A stretch of 64,000 bases of DNA, taken from assembly GCF_006345805.1 (NCBI RefSeq), contig NC_042999.1:59396001-59460000 (forward strand). Direction: 5' to 3'. The position numbers and the translations under genes are program-made. Below are positions 26,332 through 38,985 of the stretch, one piece after another. Numbering within the stretch: position 1 is the stretch's first letter; the number at the start of each line of letters is the position of its first letter. The stretch is from Octopus sinensis. Taxonomy: Eukaryota. The notes below the pieces were generated by a model. It did not search any database, was not told where the DNA came from, and saw nothing but the letters and a program-made list of their open reading frames with translations.

Positions 26332-26578
26332 AGCCCTAAAATTCACTACATAATTTGCCCACGGGCATATGGCGTAGTGGTTAAGAGCATGAGCACCCCA
26401 AGATTCCGAGTTCGATTCCAGGCAGCGATAATAATAATAATAACAACAACATAGAAAAATACTTTAGGTTCGAAATTTCCACATGAAGGCTGGAGGGTAT
26501 AGCTGGAGGACAAATATCTGTCAATTGTAAATAATGTAAATAATGTACATAATTCCTCATCTCTTAAATATAGAACTG
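25061..26578 (+). mobile_element. 5'-truncated Penelope/Poseidon-like element (RT plus C-terminal GIY-YIG)
   Basis: SLFTKVP, (A)MGSPLSPIIANIYME, YVDDTF, AFLDL, CVYSISCSCGRLYKGET..KVEEH. The 3' terminal repeat 26325-26578 is also found solo at 35194-35482. Confidence 0.9.
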
Positions 26579-27662
26579 TGTTTCCAAGATAGCCGGAAAA
26601 ATGTCGATTTTGACGAATGTTCTGGGGGACCCGCTACCAGCAGAACTGAGAAAAACAGCTGTGAGGGGAAATCGTTGAATCACCATCCGTGAATTATCAG
26701 AGGATGTGCAGATTAGTTACGTTTCAATTCAGTCCATTATCACTGAAGATTTGGGCATGAAACGCGTCTGCCAAGTTTGTGCCAAAACTTCTTTCGGCTG
26801 ACCAAAATGACACTCAAGTTTCAGTTGCACAAGATCTCATTGATTGCGTCGAGAACGAGGAAATTTTTTTGAAAACTTTGCGTCGGCCTCTGAGCAGGTA
26901 TCACCAAGTTTTTGGCAAAATTTGATGCAGATTTTCTGCTCAACTTTCTCTGTTATCGTCAATGCGAAGATCACACGTTTCACACCTTTCTTCCAAGCTC
27001 TGCTGTAAACTGTAGAAGTAAGATAGAACGTTAAAACTTAATTCTCATGCACAGCAGAGTTAAAGGTACTCTGCGTGCTTTAGCTTCGTGACTATGGTAA
27101 AAGACCGGATAGTTATTGATCAGACCACGTACACGTAAATACATGGTAACCTTGTGATTGCCTTTGGCCATGAGTATTCATAGAAAATAAGAATTATACT
27201 TACTAACTGCTAAATCTTCCGGTATTGGGAAATAAGTATCGTTATCACAATTTTTAAGCCTAAGCAAAGCATAAGGATCACACGAAGCTTTTACCATTCT
27301 ATATACATTCTTAGAAATGATATCACTGACACACATTTCTCTATTAAAGTCGTAACGGGTTCAAATCACGGTATTAAACCAACAAACTATACACAAAGCT
27401 TACATAAAATATACCTGATGACTTTGAAGTTGACAAAAAAGATTTAAAAAAAAACAAAGGATAATGCATTATTCTCGCTACCAATAATATCAGCAAAGCT
27501 TTCAGCTTCATCAATAGTTTAGTACATAAACACAAGAAATAGAGTACATCGTAAAGAAGCAAGGAAGGCAGTAGAGCAGTGCACGTATATCATTTTAACA
27601 AGAACTTGAGGCTCATTACTTCCTGTCGTTCACTATTCACAACACTTCTCTATTTCTTGCAG

Positions 27663-27767
27663 GAAAATACATGTGGAAGCAACAAATCAAACATTAACTG
27701 AATGGAATGGGAATCATTTGAAAGTATTTGATTTCCCCGTCTGGAAAAATAAATGCAGCCATGACGA
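27663..27767 (+). CDS. Candidate internal exon of an unidentified gene
   Basis: Pyrimidine-rich acceptor ...ttctctatttcttgcag, donor GA|gtaagc, 105 nt, open in phase 2-2: KIHVEATNQTLTEWNGNHLKVFDFPVWKNKCSHD. Protein not recognised. Confidence 0.28.
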
Positions 27768-29087
27768 GTAAGCTGACCAATATTGTGATAATTTCTGAAA
27801 ATGATCACTCAGAATTATAACAATAAGACTCTTATATCTTAATCAGCAAGAAGTTACAAAAGTGACTCAATGTCCGAAAGTTTACTTTTGTAACTTTCTA
27901 CTAATAATAAAATGAAAAAGAGAAAACAAAATAAAAATCCTATATGCACTCAATCTTGTTTTGCAGTCCAAATCTAATAAAATAACTGTAGATTCCAAGC
28001 AAAAGTCATTCAACGAAAAACTAGTTTTATTACATCGGATATCAATATACACGACTGAGTGACAGGCTTGCTTCTCTAACAATCAGAGTAAGACAACAAA
28101 CGTAAGATGTACGATTGCATTGTTTTAACGTTGTTCTACATTAGACATAGAAACACTTGCCGACTGAACAGTCATAAATATTTAGTCATAAACGGCTTAC
28201 AAATATGCACTCGTTTGACTGGCATGTTTCCTTCTGTGAAATGATATTAATGCATTACTTGCTTCTATCGTTTTAATATCTCAGTGTACTGGACACAATA
28301 AAACAGAAAATGAATATAACGACTGAGTGAGAGAGTGGATTCTTACTTTCTTTAATATTTGTAGACAAGTATATGCCTCAACAGAAGTTGAATATAGAAC
28401 AAAAAGAGAAAGAAATATATTACATGTAACATTACACAATTTGGGAAATGAAGCAATTGTAAACAGGAAAGGAAAGCTCTGAGAAAAGAATGTCGTCTAT
28501 AATTTTAAAGAATCATAATTTAATAAAATTACTACTGTCAGAGTCAAACATCAAATAACGACCATTAATGGCATCTCGGAGTTTATGTTCATCTAAAATC
28601 GCTCACAGATGCTGTATAAAAGTGTTAGAAATTCTAGGTCATTTTGATTTCTATTTCTTCTTGATATCTGCCTGCACATGTCTGCCATATATTATAGAAC
28701 TGTGTGGAGTAATTAAGGATTATGCGTTAGTTAGATGAAGTATGACAGCGTCCGAAACCTTGGATTGACTTGTAAGCATGTTGATATAAAAAGAGAGTTG
28801 GAACAATAGGCAACGACTGCTATTGTATGAAGTAACAATTCTATATCGGCTTTGGAAGATGAAAAGCAAATAGAACATTTATGAGGCTTAAACTCAGAAC
28901 ATAAACAAATGCAAAACATTTTGTGCCCTACATTTCTGATCCATAGTACAGTGTCAGTAAATGTTACGAGTGAGAGATTTTCAGGTATTGAGGGGAGCTG
29001 CCATCCTAAGAATTTTAAGGAATGGTATATCTCCCCCTGTGGAGGATACTCATTTTGCAAACCACTACATACATACATAAACACACA

Positions 29088-29128
<41 letters not shown>

Positions 29129-29759
29129 TACGCTCGCACGCATGCATGCATGCACACGCGTACACACGCATACACGTTTGTACACACACATGCAGAGAAA
29201 GTGAGAAAGCCATTTTGTAAAGCTTTTTGTGGTTCAGATAATGTACAGCATTCAAGCTACCGTACTATCCTCAAGTGCTTAATTTTAATATACTGGCCCA
29301 AATACTAGTCCTGTACACATATTATTGATCACTAAAGTACAAAGAAAGATAGAGCGGTGAGATTACATTTGTTGTTGTGTACTTTATATCTCTCTATGCT
29401 ACGGATATCGTTGATTTGACAAACGGTCAAGTTTACACGAGTTAGTTACATTTGGATTGTTATCTGCTCTTTTACAAATGTATATACCACAAGGTATTTG
29501 CAGAGAGTGACACCTATTTACTCTGAAAGGTACGTTTATAGTTATTTCGTGTTCTATGATGCTTCCGAATAGCTGACCATATGCCACATTCCAGTATTCG
29601 GTGATGACAAATTCTCTTCGATTAACGGTTGGCTGTATTTCTGTATATTCTTCTTGTGTTAACAGTAGAGACCGGAAATCTTTATTTAACCAGAGCGTAA
29701 ACTTCAAATTGGTTTGCAAAATTTTGTTCTGTTAACTTTGACCTCATAAATGAGCAACG

Positions 29760-30960
29760 CGGTCGACTAGAAACAAGGGTGGGTAATGACAAACAGAAAG
29801 CTACCGTCGAGTCAGATCTATTTCAAAGTGCCCGTGAATTATCGTTGTTGTTTGGTGTAAGCAAGCAAACAATATTGACTCACCTAGTTCAAATTGGTAA
29901 AGTGAAAAAGTTAGATAAGTGGGTTCCACATGAACTCAATGAAAATCAGAAACAGCAACGTTTGGAAGCCTGCATTATGCTGCTTTCTCGTCACAAAAAT
30001 GAATCATTTTTTAATCGAATTGTAACATGTGATAAAAAACGGAACAAATACAACAACCGTAAATGTCCAGCACAACGGTTGGACAAAGACGAGCCACTAA
30101 AATATAGTCCAAAAAGCAAAATCCATCAAAAGAAGCTGATGGTGTGTGTTTGGTGGTCTGGCACAGGTGTGATCCATTATGATTTCATTAAACGTAAGTC
30201 ATCAAGTATACTGCAGCCAAATGGACTAAATGATGGAAAAACTTACAAAAAAAACAGCTTAGAATAGTCAACAAATCCACACTTATTTTTTAGTGTTTAT
30301 CGACAATGTTATTGCTTTTACATCTGCTAATCAAATTTACCTGCCCATAAAAGTCAAATTTACTCAGCAAGGTCAGCTAAAATTACATAACTATAAACCA
30401 GTGGTATGCCAAGCATCCTCTGAAAAAATTCCATATCTGTAAGTAAAAAAGCCACAAAGTTACAAGCAAATATTGTGGATATCAGTTTTGAACGTAAATA
30501 ATTCAAAATAACATGAACACAAAAGGTCTTAGGTGCTTTTTTTCCCCTGACACACAAAACACAGCCTCGCTCGGTTGGGACTACGCGTGTGTTACTTTGG
30601 CATCATTATTCCATAAAATTTATTGAAAAATATCAATAGATGTATCAGTGAGAAAGAAACGAAGATGGAGGTTTTGGGATATGCTAGAAACAACAGCAAG
30701 ATCTCCATTAAATCACACATTTTTCTCTAAAATTATTAACATTTATTTTTAAACCTAAAATGTTTCTCTCACAGGTTTTAATTGCGTAGTGAAAAAAGAA
30801 ATGGCGAACTTCGCCTTGGACTGGTGTGGTGACGAGGGTGGTGGGAGTGGAAAAATGTTTTCAAAACTCTTTTCTTTTTGTTTTTCGTGATTGATTTAAA
30901 ATGTAATGGCAAGTATTTATTGAGCTTTTTCTTTCCTTTAGAACTTTCCAGACAACCCAA
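29760..30960 (+). mobile_element. Decayed mariner
   Basis: ORF 29779-30267 has WVPHEL, RIVTCD, KLMVCVWW. Right TIR remnant aactttccagacaacccaa plus TA at 30961 is of the same family as 7677-8238. The interior is interrupted. Confidence 0.75.
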
Positions 30961-32629
30961 TATAAGCTTGAACCTGCAGCTAAGAGAAGTGCCCACTGAA
31001 GTTCGACTATTGGAACTGTGAATTCAAGATCAATCACATATAAACTTTCCTGGTATAAAATTTAAGATGAAGTGCAATGTATTAGCATTTTTTAACGCTT
31101 CACCAATGTAGTCGTGCCGTAATGAATAATACATGAAGAGATATTGTCTTTTATTTCGCTCTACAGTGAAGACTGTTTTGTTCTTGACTTAGAGATAACA
31201 ATACAAGATAACATTGAATATAAAGAGAGTGACAAGTGTATAACAAGGAATTTAGTTTTCAAAGATGTTATCTTCTAAGACTGCACTTTCACTATCACCT
31301 ATAAAGACGGTATTCCATTACAAGTATCAAACGCCCGAGACAAAAATACAATTTCTAAAGGAATTATGTATTTTACGGTTATCTGTAAACTTCCAACACT
31401 CCTATATTTTGGGAAATAGCGTGGAACTTTCATGGGTAGTACTTGTGAATTATAATCTGTTAATCTACATTATCCATAAGCTATGATAAACATACTTTGC
31501 CAAGTATTTCTATTCTCAATAAACGGAAATGAAAATAGTTGGCAAGTAGAGAATTAAATTGCGTTAGATAGTCGCCTTAAAGCCAAAGAATAAAAGAATT
31601 TGCAAGAATTCGCTATCTGTCCCAGTAATTAAATATATCTTAATGGAGATAATTAAGAAGACCGTGAATTGTACGTACGAAAACAATACAAATGGAATTC
31701 TAAAATTAAAATACCTGAAGATAATGATGGCAAAAGACATCCTTATAAGGTAAAATATTTCTGACTTAATTATCTAAACATAACACAATAAAATATCAGA
31801 AGATATAAGAAGTTCTTCAAAACCTCTTTTGATTCAGTTGAGGAATGAAAGAACAAGAAACGAAAGAAATATTTGGAGACAAATACAATCTTTTATAACT
31901 AAACATGCGTTAAAGATATTTATCGTTCGTGACAGCAAGGAAACCAAATATTAGTAACTAAGGAATAATGAAGTTATAAATTCTGGTAAAAATAACACTC
32001 AAATATCTAAATTTTCTTTTAATTACATCCTGTCTAGTAAGGAATCGGCATATTGTATAATGTTGTCACCAATAGTCGGTAGTTTATTCTTCAATTGAAT
32101 CTAAACAAAATTTTTAAAATATGTCATTCTGGCATGATATAATATTCGGTCATATGAATGTAATTGTATCACACCTATTTTCCCTTATAGAGACATATTT
32201 GCTTGGGCTGCCTGCTGGAGCCTAGCAACAAGTATTTAAAGGGAAATTTGACAAGACGGTCAGTCGCTCGCTGACACTTGTTCATGCTACCTCGAAGAGG
32301 TCAAGGAACAGAAGAAATAAGACACGCACCCAACATCAGAGCTGAAGACACCTCCGAAAGGGGGTGCCCCACCACGTCAAAACGGTAGAGGAGTAGGGGC
32401 CAAAACTGGACTTGGCCCCTCCTGATGATGTCTTGAGCTAACTGGATCCTATAAAGGAGCTGTTGTGGTAGCAGTCCACGAAAGACGGTTGAAATTCCTG
32501 ATAGATTATTTTTGCTTATATACCTTAGTCTATCGTAGAGTATATCTGTATATGATTATAATAAGCCAGCTATTTCTATATATGTACAGGAACGTAGAGC
32601 TCTGTGATAATTAATCCCGCTCTGAAGCC

Positions 32630-32760
32630 ACGGGGTTCGGGATGTGTGTTCTATTGTGCTGCACCTTGGACAAGTGTCGTCTGCTACAGCCGTGGGCCGA
32701 TCAATGCTTTGTGAGTGGATTTGGTGATCAAATACTGTGTGACAACATGTCGTGCGTGTG
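32630..32760 (+). mobile_element. SINE family A fragment
   Basis: ggacaagtgtcgtctgctacagcc...tgtgagtggatttgg followed by a microsatellite. Confidence 0.6.
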
Positions 32761-32980
32761 TATATATATATATATATATATATACCGTGAAATAAGGTGG
32801 AAAAAAGAGTACTCAAATACCAGAGGTAGAGTAATATGCTTTATTTAAAAGCAGCAGAAATATAACAAAAGCTGTTACTTGGAGTTTCACGTTCCCGTCG
32901 TCGGACAGTTTTTTTTTTAACGAACGGGAACGTGAAACTCCGAGTAACAGCTTTTGTTAAATTTCTGCTGCTTTTAAATA

Positions 32981-33034
<54 letters not shown>

Positions 33035-35193
33035 TTAATTTGGTTACATTAATCATTAGTAACAAATGTGAAACAAGTGATGAGAGGATAGAAGCTGGAA
33101 ACATGTATTCATGTATTTAATCAAAACTTTTATTTAGTTATTTCTTCGACAGGTCAAATATATTTTATTGCGTGCCACAAAAATCCCTAAGGATAAAAAA
33201 TAAAAAAAACTCTTGGGATATTTCTGTGTTTTTAGCTCCAAGTGCACTTTCGATTGACCATGTATTAATAGACGCATTAAATTATTTTTTTCTTATTGAC
33301 ACTCATGCTATTGTTGTTGTTGTTGTTGTTGTTGCTTGTTGGTATTATTGTTCATGTCTGTACGAACAGAGTAATTAATGGTGTTTCATCACTAACCATC
33401 CGCCCTTATATCTTTCAGAGTTAACATCTCTAATACTATATAAATCAAAGTATAACATCTTTCATTGAATGCTAGGATTTGATTTGAGGGTTATTTGACA
33501 GTGATTTCTAGTGTTCTTCATGATCATGTCCCCGTTTTTTAGTCCTATGTGAATACTGATTCCCAAAACATGTAACCAGATTCGTCCCAGCCATGAGTTT
33601 CCGGTCTATTTATTTGAGGATTGTTCGTCTAAGATCGCTATTTTCAGATATGTAGTTGTTTTTTAAACTCCTAAGTTAACTCTAACTTAGCAACTACTTA
33701 AATACATTAAGCAAGGAAACCTTAGAGGTCTTATTGGGGCGTATCTTTTGAATATTCAATGTTGCACTCAGGATCCACACTTGTGCCATAGAAAGCGAAG
33801 AGATGTTCTAATGATAAGTCTAATGACCAATGGTTGAATACAACTGGTTGCAGAGAAGAAAAATAACATACAGGATGTTTCTCACTGTCATGAGATATGT
33901 TGGATGCCTGACGTAAAATGGTTTATTTATTGTCATATAAGAAAGGCGAAAGGTCTTTGTATTAAACTTTTAGAAATATATCAATGTTTGTTTGTATTTT
34001 TCCTGACAATATTCCAAACATAAGTTGGGAATAACACGGTCGAGGATTCATTTCGGCATCTAAGTACAAAACACAACAACACCAATAATATTAATAACAA
34101 TATCAATACCATTAATAACACCAATAACAAACCAGATGTAAAATTTTACTCAATGAAAAACCAAAAAATATATAAATAGATAAATGAACTATACGAAAAA
34201 ATACGGTTAATTCTGACAATGCGCCAGCATGACCAGAACCGTAACGATGTAAAGTTTGAAAAGAACTAAAGAGATAATAAAAGGATGGACAATAAATAGA
34301 TATTAGAAAGAAGTAGAAGAAAAAATATATAACGATTATAACACTCTAACAAAAGAAAAAATTCTGTATTGAAAAAGTAACTTGAACAGCAACGACAAAG
34401 TGCTTTTGCTAAGATTTATATTTAATTTAAAGACATTACACTGATTTTGTTGTTCTATAGACGAAAACACACGTGGCAAAATAAAAGAAATAAATTATAG
34501 ATGACAAAAAAAAAAAAATGATAATGATAATAGAAACAAAAAAAAAATGTTTTCTGCTATTTCTCTTTTCTTTTTCAAGACAATATTTTATTATGAGGTT
34601 TTGTTCGGGAGAACAAAAGTAGAAAGTGAAAAGCAAGATGGAACACAATTATTAACAAAACACAAAAAAATATGCATAAGAAATACACACACACACACAC
34701 ACATATATATATGTATCTATGTATTAGGAGACAGTTATTGAAACATTCCGACTATAATTTTCTTTATTTGTTATAGTGGTTATTTATTTATTTTTTGGTG
34801 ATAATTTTTTGCGATTTTTTTAGTAACATTATTTCTATCAAATTAGTGTTGCTGTTGTTGTTGTTATATCAAATAATATTGATGTTATAAATAATTAATA
34901 GCATTTAAGTACGACGAGACAAAATGGGAGCAAGTAAATGGTACCAGCAGACCTTTTCTCCAAAAATTGATTGGGAATCGAAATAGTTTGTTCCTATGCA
35001 ACATGATGACAGCTGACCTATTGCCGTACTTTGGCAGGCACATGTTATTAATGTTAGATTAATGTGTATAGGAACGAGGCACTTGGGGTATTATAATATC
35101 CCTTTGACTGTCAACTTTGGAGAAATCTTGATTTGGGTGATTATCTCCTCATATCATAAGGAGCTGAATTTAATTGTCATTTGGTAATTATAT

Positions 35194-35482
35194 TTAGGTT
35201 TATAAGCCCTAAAATTCACTCTATAGTTGCCCACGGGCATATAGCGTAATCGCGAGTTTAATTGCAGGCAGATAATAATAATAATAATAACATCAGCAAA
35301 AAATACCTTAGGAATGAGAACCTAGGGTTGGGTCGAAAATTCTACCAGGACACCTGATGAAGCCTGGAGAGTAAATCAGCCGAAACGTTGTGGTAACAAC
35401 AAACAAGATGAGGACAAATATCTATCCAATGTAAATAATGTAAATAATGTACAGAATTCCTCATCTCTAAAATATAGAACTG
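35194..35482 (+). mobile_element. Solo terminal repeat of the 25061-26578 PLE family
   Basis: Shares tttataagccctaaaattcact, ccacgggcatat, (aat)n and ...aatgtaaataatgtac..aattcctcatctct.aa.tatagaactg with 26325-26578. Confidence 0.85.
35348..35394 (+). ncRNA. Minimal type I hammerhead motif in PLE terminal repeat
   Basis: ggacac-CTGATGA-a-gcctg(gagagtaaat)cagcc-GAAAC-GTT-gtggt. Palindromic ACGT stem III; one mismatch each in stems I and II. Confidence 0.65.
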
Positions 35483-36070
35483 CATTTCAAATGTACAACC
35501 AGGCCACATACACGTGCACAAACACACACGCACACACACACACACACATTTTGTAACGCTAATTCTACCTGAATATTGTACTAAAGATGCGTGTATCTTT
35601 GATATAGTACCCTGGAATACTCTGGAAAACTCAGCTACTTATACGCTAACTCAATGAGCGTGTAACTGAGTCAATCGAACAAATTAACATTCATCGTCAA
35701 AACGCCGTGGATCCATTGACTAAGCATTCACTTATTTATCTCTTATTAAATTACCCACCAAACACGTACCGGTTTCACTATTGTTTCTTCTGAAGCGCAA
35801 TGGTTAAGCCATATTTAAAAATCAGCCTGATGGCCTTCATCTTGTTGCAATCGAGAATGTCGATGTATCTAGCAGCAGCATTGTCCCAGATAGACATGTA
35901 GGAATGGTCGAAAATTACTTGTAGTTATCTAACTCTACGGAAATGAATGATAAATTCGAACATGATAGGCCTTATGCTTAAATATTCGAAATATGAGGCC
36001 AGGTAACTTGAGGAGTGTAATATGTTCCGTCTGGGTATCTATAGCTTCATGCTAATTTTTTACTGTTGTA

Positions 36071-36281
36071 CAGGGTGTCCACAAAGTCTGGGTACATGGA
36101 GTAAATAAAATCATAACATAAATAATGAAATATAAGAAATAATAATTTCTTAAAGTATATGTTAATCCCCATGTGGTACATGGAGTAACTAAAATCATAA
36201 CATAAAGAATTAAACATAAGAAATAATAATTTCTTAAAGTATGTGTTAATCCCCATGTACCCAGACTTCGTGGACACCCTG
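36071..36281. mobile_element. Tc1/mariner-type MITE with internal 84-bp tandem duplication
   Basis: TIR cagggtgtccacaaagtctgggtacatgg / ccatgtacccagacttcgtggacaccctg with TA flanks. Units 36091-36174 and 36175-36258. Confidence 0.9.
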
Positions 36282-36592
36282 TAGAAATGAACATGAACCC
36301 CTTCGTAGTCATAGCAATGTCTTCCCAGCAGCATACCTTACCAGCTTAAAAACTGACGTATTGGATAAGGGAATATTGAGTTGCCTACACATAACACGAA
36401 AACAAAAAAATAACAAGAATCGGTTGGAATACTTATGACCATAGTTCTCCTTGATTACTAGCAACAACATTTGGAGGGGGACTGATGCATTATACAAATT
36501 CAGTTGGAGACTTAAACGATTTTCTCATTTTATGTCTAAAATGAAAAGGTTTGCTATTAGTAATATAGAGAGGTTCTATTAGAACAAACTAT

Positions 36593-36783
36593 ACTGCGGT
36601 AGGTACCATGAGAGAGAAACTCTCATATTCGCTTTTTTGGTGCAAATGCACTCTTGCACCAAAATTACGTGTTCCGGCGCTGGAGGAAGCTGGGATTTAT
36701 TTCCTCGGTAGCGATATGAACGAGAGCGCATTTTACACCAAAAAGCCAATATGAGAGTTTTTTTTCATGATATCTTCCGCAGT
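36593..36783. mobile_element. MITE with ~60-bp imperfect TIRs
   Basis: actgcggtaggtaccatg..aaactctcatattcgcttttttggtg versus caccaaaaagccaatatgagagttt..catgatatcttccgcagt. Confidence 0.7.
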
Positions 36784-36823
36784 TTACTTTACCGTCACAT
36801 TTAAGTGGTTATAGATATTACCT

Positions 36824-37059
36824 ATTTCTTTACTACCCACAAGGGGCTAAACACAGAAGAGACAAACAAGGATAGACAGACGGATTAAATCGATTATATC
36901 GACCCCAGTGCGTAACTGGTACTTAATTTATCGACCCCGAACGGATGAAAGGCAAAGTCGACGTCGGTGGAATTTGAACTCAGAACGTAGCGGCAGACGA
37001 AATACTGCTAAACATTTCGCCCGGCGTGCTAGCGATTCTTCCATCTCGCCGCCTTGGTA
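36824..37059 (-). mobile_element. SINE family B, full-length, 13-bp TSD
   Basis: Reverse complement of the 19726-19953 type. TSD atagatattacct at 36811-36823 and 37060-37072. Confidence 0.92.
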
Positions 37060-37119
37060 ATAGATATTACCTTTTAGTGTTAATCTCTGTTGTTAATGTA
37101 TAATAGTAATATAATTACA

Positions 37120-37375
37120 TTGTGGAGGCGCGTGTCGTAGTAGTTAGGGTGTTAGCATCATGATCATAAGATTGTGGTTTCGATACCTAGCGACGCGTTG
37201 TGTTCTTGAGCAAAGCACTTCATTTCACGTTGCTCCAGTCCACTCAGCCGGTAAAAATGAGTAACGCTGCGATAGACTGGCGTCCCGCCCAGTTGGGGAA
37301 CATATATGCCATAGAAACCGGGAAACCGAGCCCATGAGCCTGGCTAGGCTTTAAAAGGACGCATTTATTATTTTT
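37120..37375 (+). mobile_element. tRNA-derived SINE family D, 13-bp TSD
   Basis: tRNA-like head ggaggcgc..gtagtagttaggg..ggtttcgatacc, body gtgttcttgagcaaagcac. TSD taatataattaca at 37107-37119 and 37376-37388. Confidence 0.8.
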
Positions 37376-38041
37376 TAATATAATTACAATGGATATCGGC
37401 TGTTAAAAATGTTCATTTGCAAGTGGGACCACAACGTTGGAAGACGATATGAGGGCTAAAGAGCAATTTTAAGAAATAACAGCCAATTTACCTCACATGA
37501 CATTCTACCACCTTAAGTAGAAAGGAGGAGGAGTATGTTTGGTAATAAACATTATCAAGATACTCTGCCGAAGACTTGTTGATGGTCATGTAAAGAACAT
37601 CATTTTTCATAGATGGACAACAACAACAACAATAACAACAACAACAACGGTGGCGGTGGCGGCGGCGGCGGCGGCGGCGGCGAAACGACGGCAAAATCAA
37701 CGAGTATTGCCACAAACACTGAAACACGGTGAGCTGGCTGAATCGTTAGCACGTCTGCAAAATGATTTCTGGAATTTGTTCCAATAGTTACATTCGTAGT
37801 TCAAATGGTGCCTAGGATTAACGATGCCTAGGATTATTGATATCCATCCGATACCAATAAATGAAGTGGGCATTAAATAGTGGGTCGATATAATTGACTA
37901 ATGTTTCTAAAAATTATTTTTGGCTTTGTGCATTTGTTAGAATTAATTATTACTGAATCTTAGTTTAGATACGAAATCATTTGAGGTTCATGAGTTCGTA
38001 CGCCGTAGTGGGTAGAAGATATATCCATAGCTTCGGATCCA

Positions 38042-38101
<60 letters not shown>

Positions 38102-38577
38102 CTCTTAGACAGAAAGATACACAGACCGAAACTGAAAGAGAGGTTATATAACCTGAAACGTTCCTTTTATACGGAACATTTTAATATTTTTTGTGGAATG
38201 GTGGAACTGGTTTCACCCAGAAATCACATTTCTAGTTCATACTAAGCCACTACACTTGTTTTTGACAAACCTAGATAAAGCTAAATCAATGAGAGCACTG
38301 TAAAACAGAGGAAAGCTCTCGGCGAGTTCCTTTACCGACAAAGTTAACATTTCCGGTTGCAGTCATTTCAAAACAACACGTTTCTTTCCTCTTTTTATCT
38401 ATATCCTTAACCCTGATGAAATGAAATAAATATTGGTTTTGTTTTTCTCTTTATTTTTATTATATACAAGTCACTAGCATCAACGTTATTATTTTTTAAA
38501 CTATTTTTTATATTTTCTCTTGTCATTGTGTTGATAGAAACATTAACTATCTAACTTATATATGTTACGTATTCAAT

Positions 38578-38985
38578 ATTTATTTCTTTATTGCCCACAT
38601 GGAGCTAAACATAAAGGAGACAAACGAGAGGATTAATACGATTACATCGACCCCAGTGCATAACTAGTACTTATTTAATCGAACCCGAAAGGATGAAAGG
38701 CAAAGTCGACCTCGGCGAAATTTGAACTCAGAGCGTAACGGCAGACGAAATACCTATTTCTTTACTACCCACAAGGGGCTAAACACAGAGTGGACAAACA
38801 AGGACAGACAAAAGGATTAAGTCGATTATATTGACCTCAGCGCGTAACTGGTACTTAATTTATCGACCCCGGAAGGATGAAAGGCAAAGTCGACCTCGGC
38901 GGAATTTGAACTCAGAGCGTAACGGCAGACGAAATACCACCAAGCATTTCGCCCGGCGTCCTAGCACTTCTGCCAGCTCGCTGCC
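38578..38985 (-). mobile_element. SINE family B tandem dimer
   Basis: A full copy whose tail gaaata runs directly into ggtatttcgtctgccg..., the internal part of a second copy. Confidence 0.85.

Larger units (their letters stand above)
24860..27129 (+). mobile_element. Mariner split by a nested Penelope-like insertion
   Basis: N-terminal half ...CSEADAKLQKVYGQECMRRTQVYK ends at ~25060 and resumes at 26579 as FQDSRKNVDFDECSG..ATSRTE...ITEDLGMKRV..KFVPKLL. Right TIR ccggatagttattgatcagaccacg plus TA at 27130. Left TIR not found. Confidence 0.75.

Noticed and set aside
31657-31750. Possible exon ending AAG|gtaaaa
   Set aside because: No pyrimidine tract, an in-frame stop immediately upstream, and phase incompatible with the 27663 candidate.
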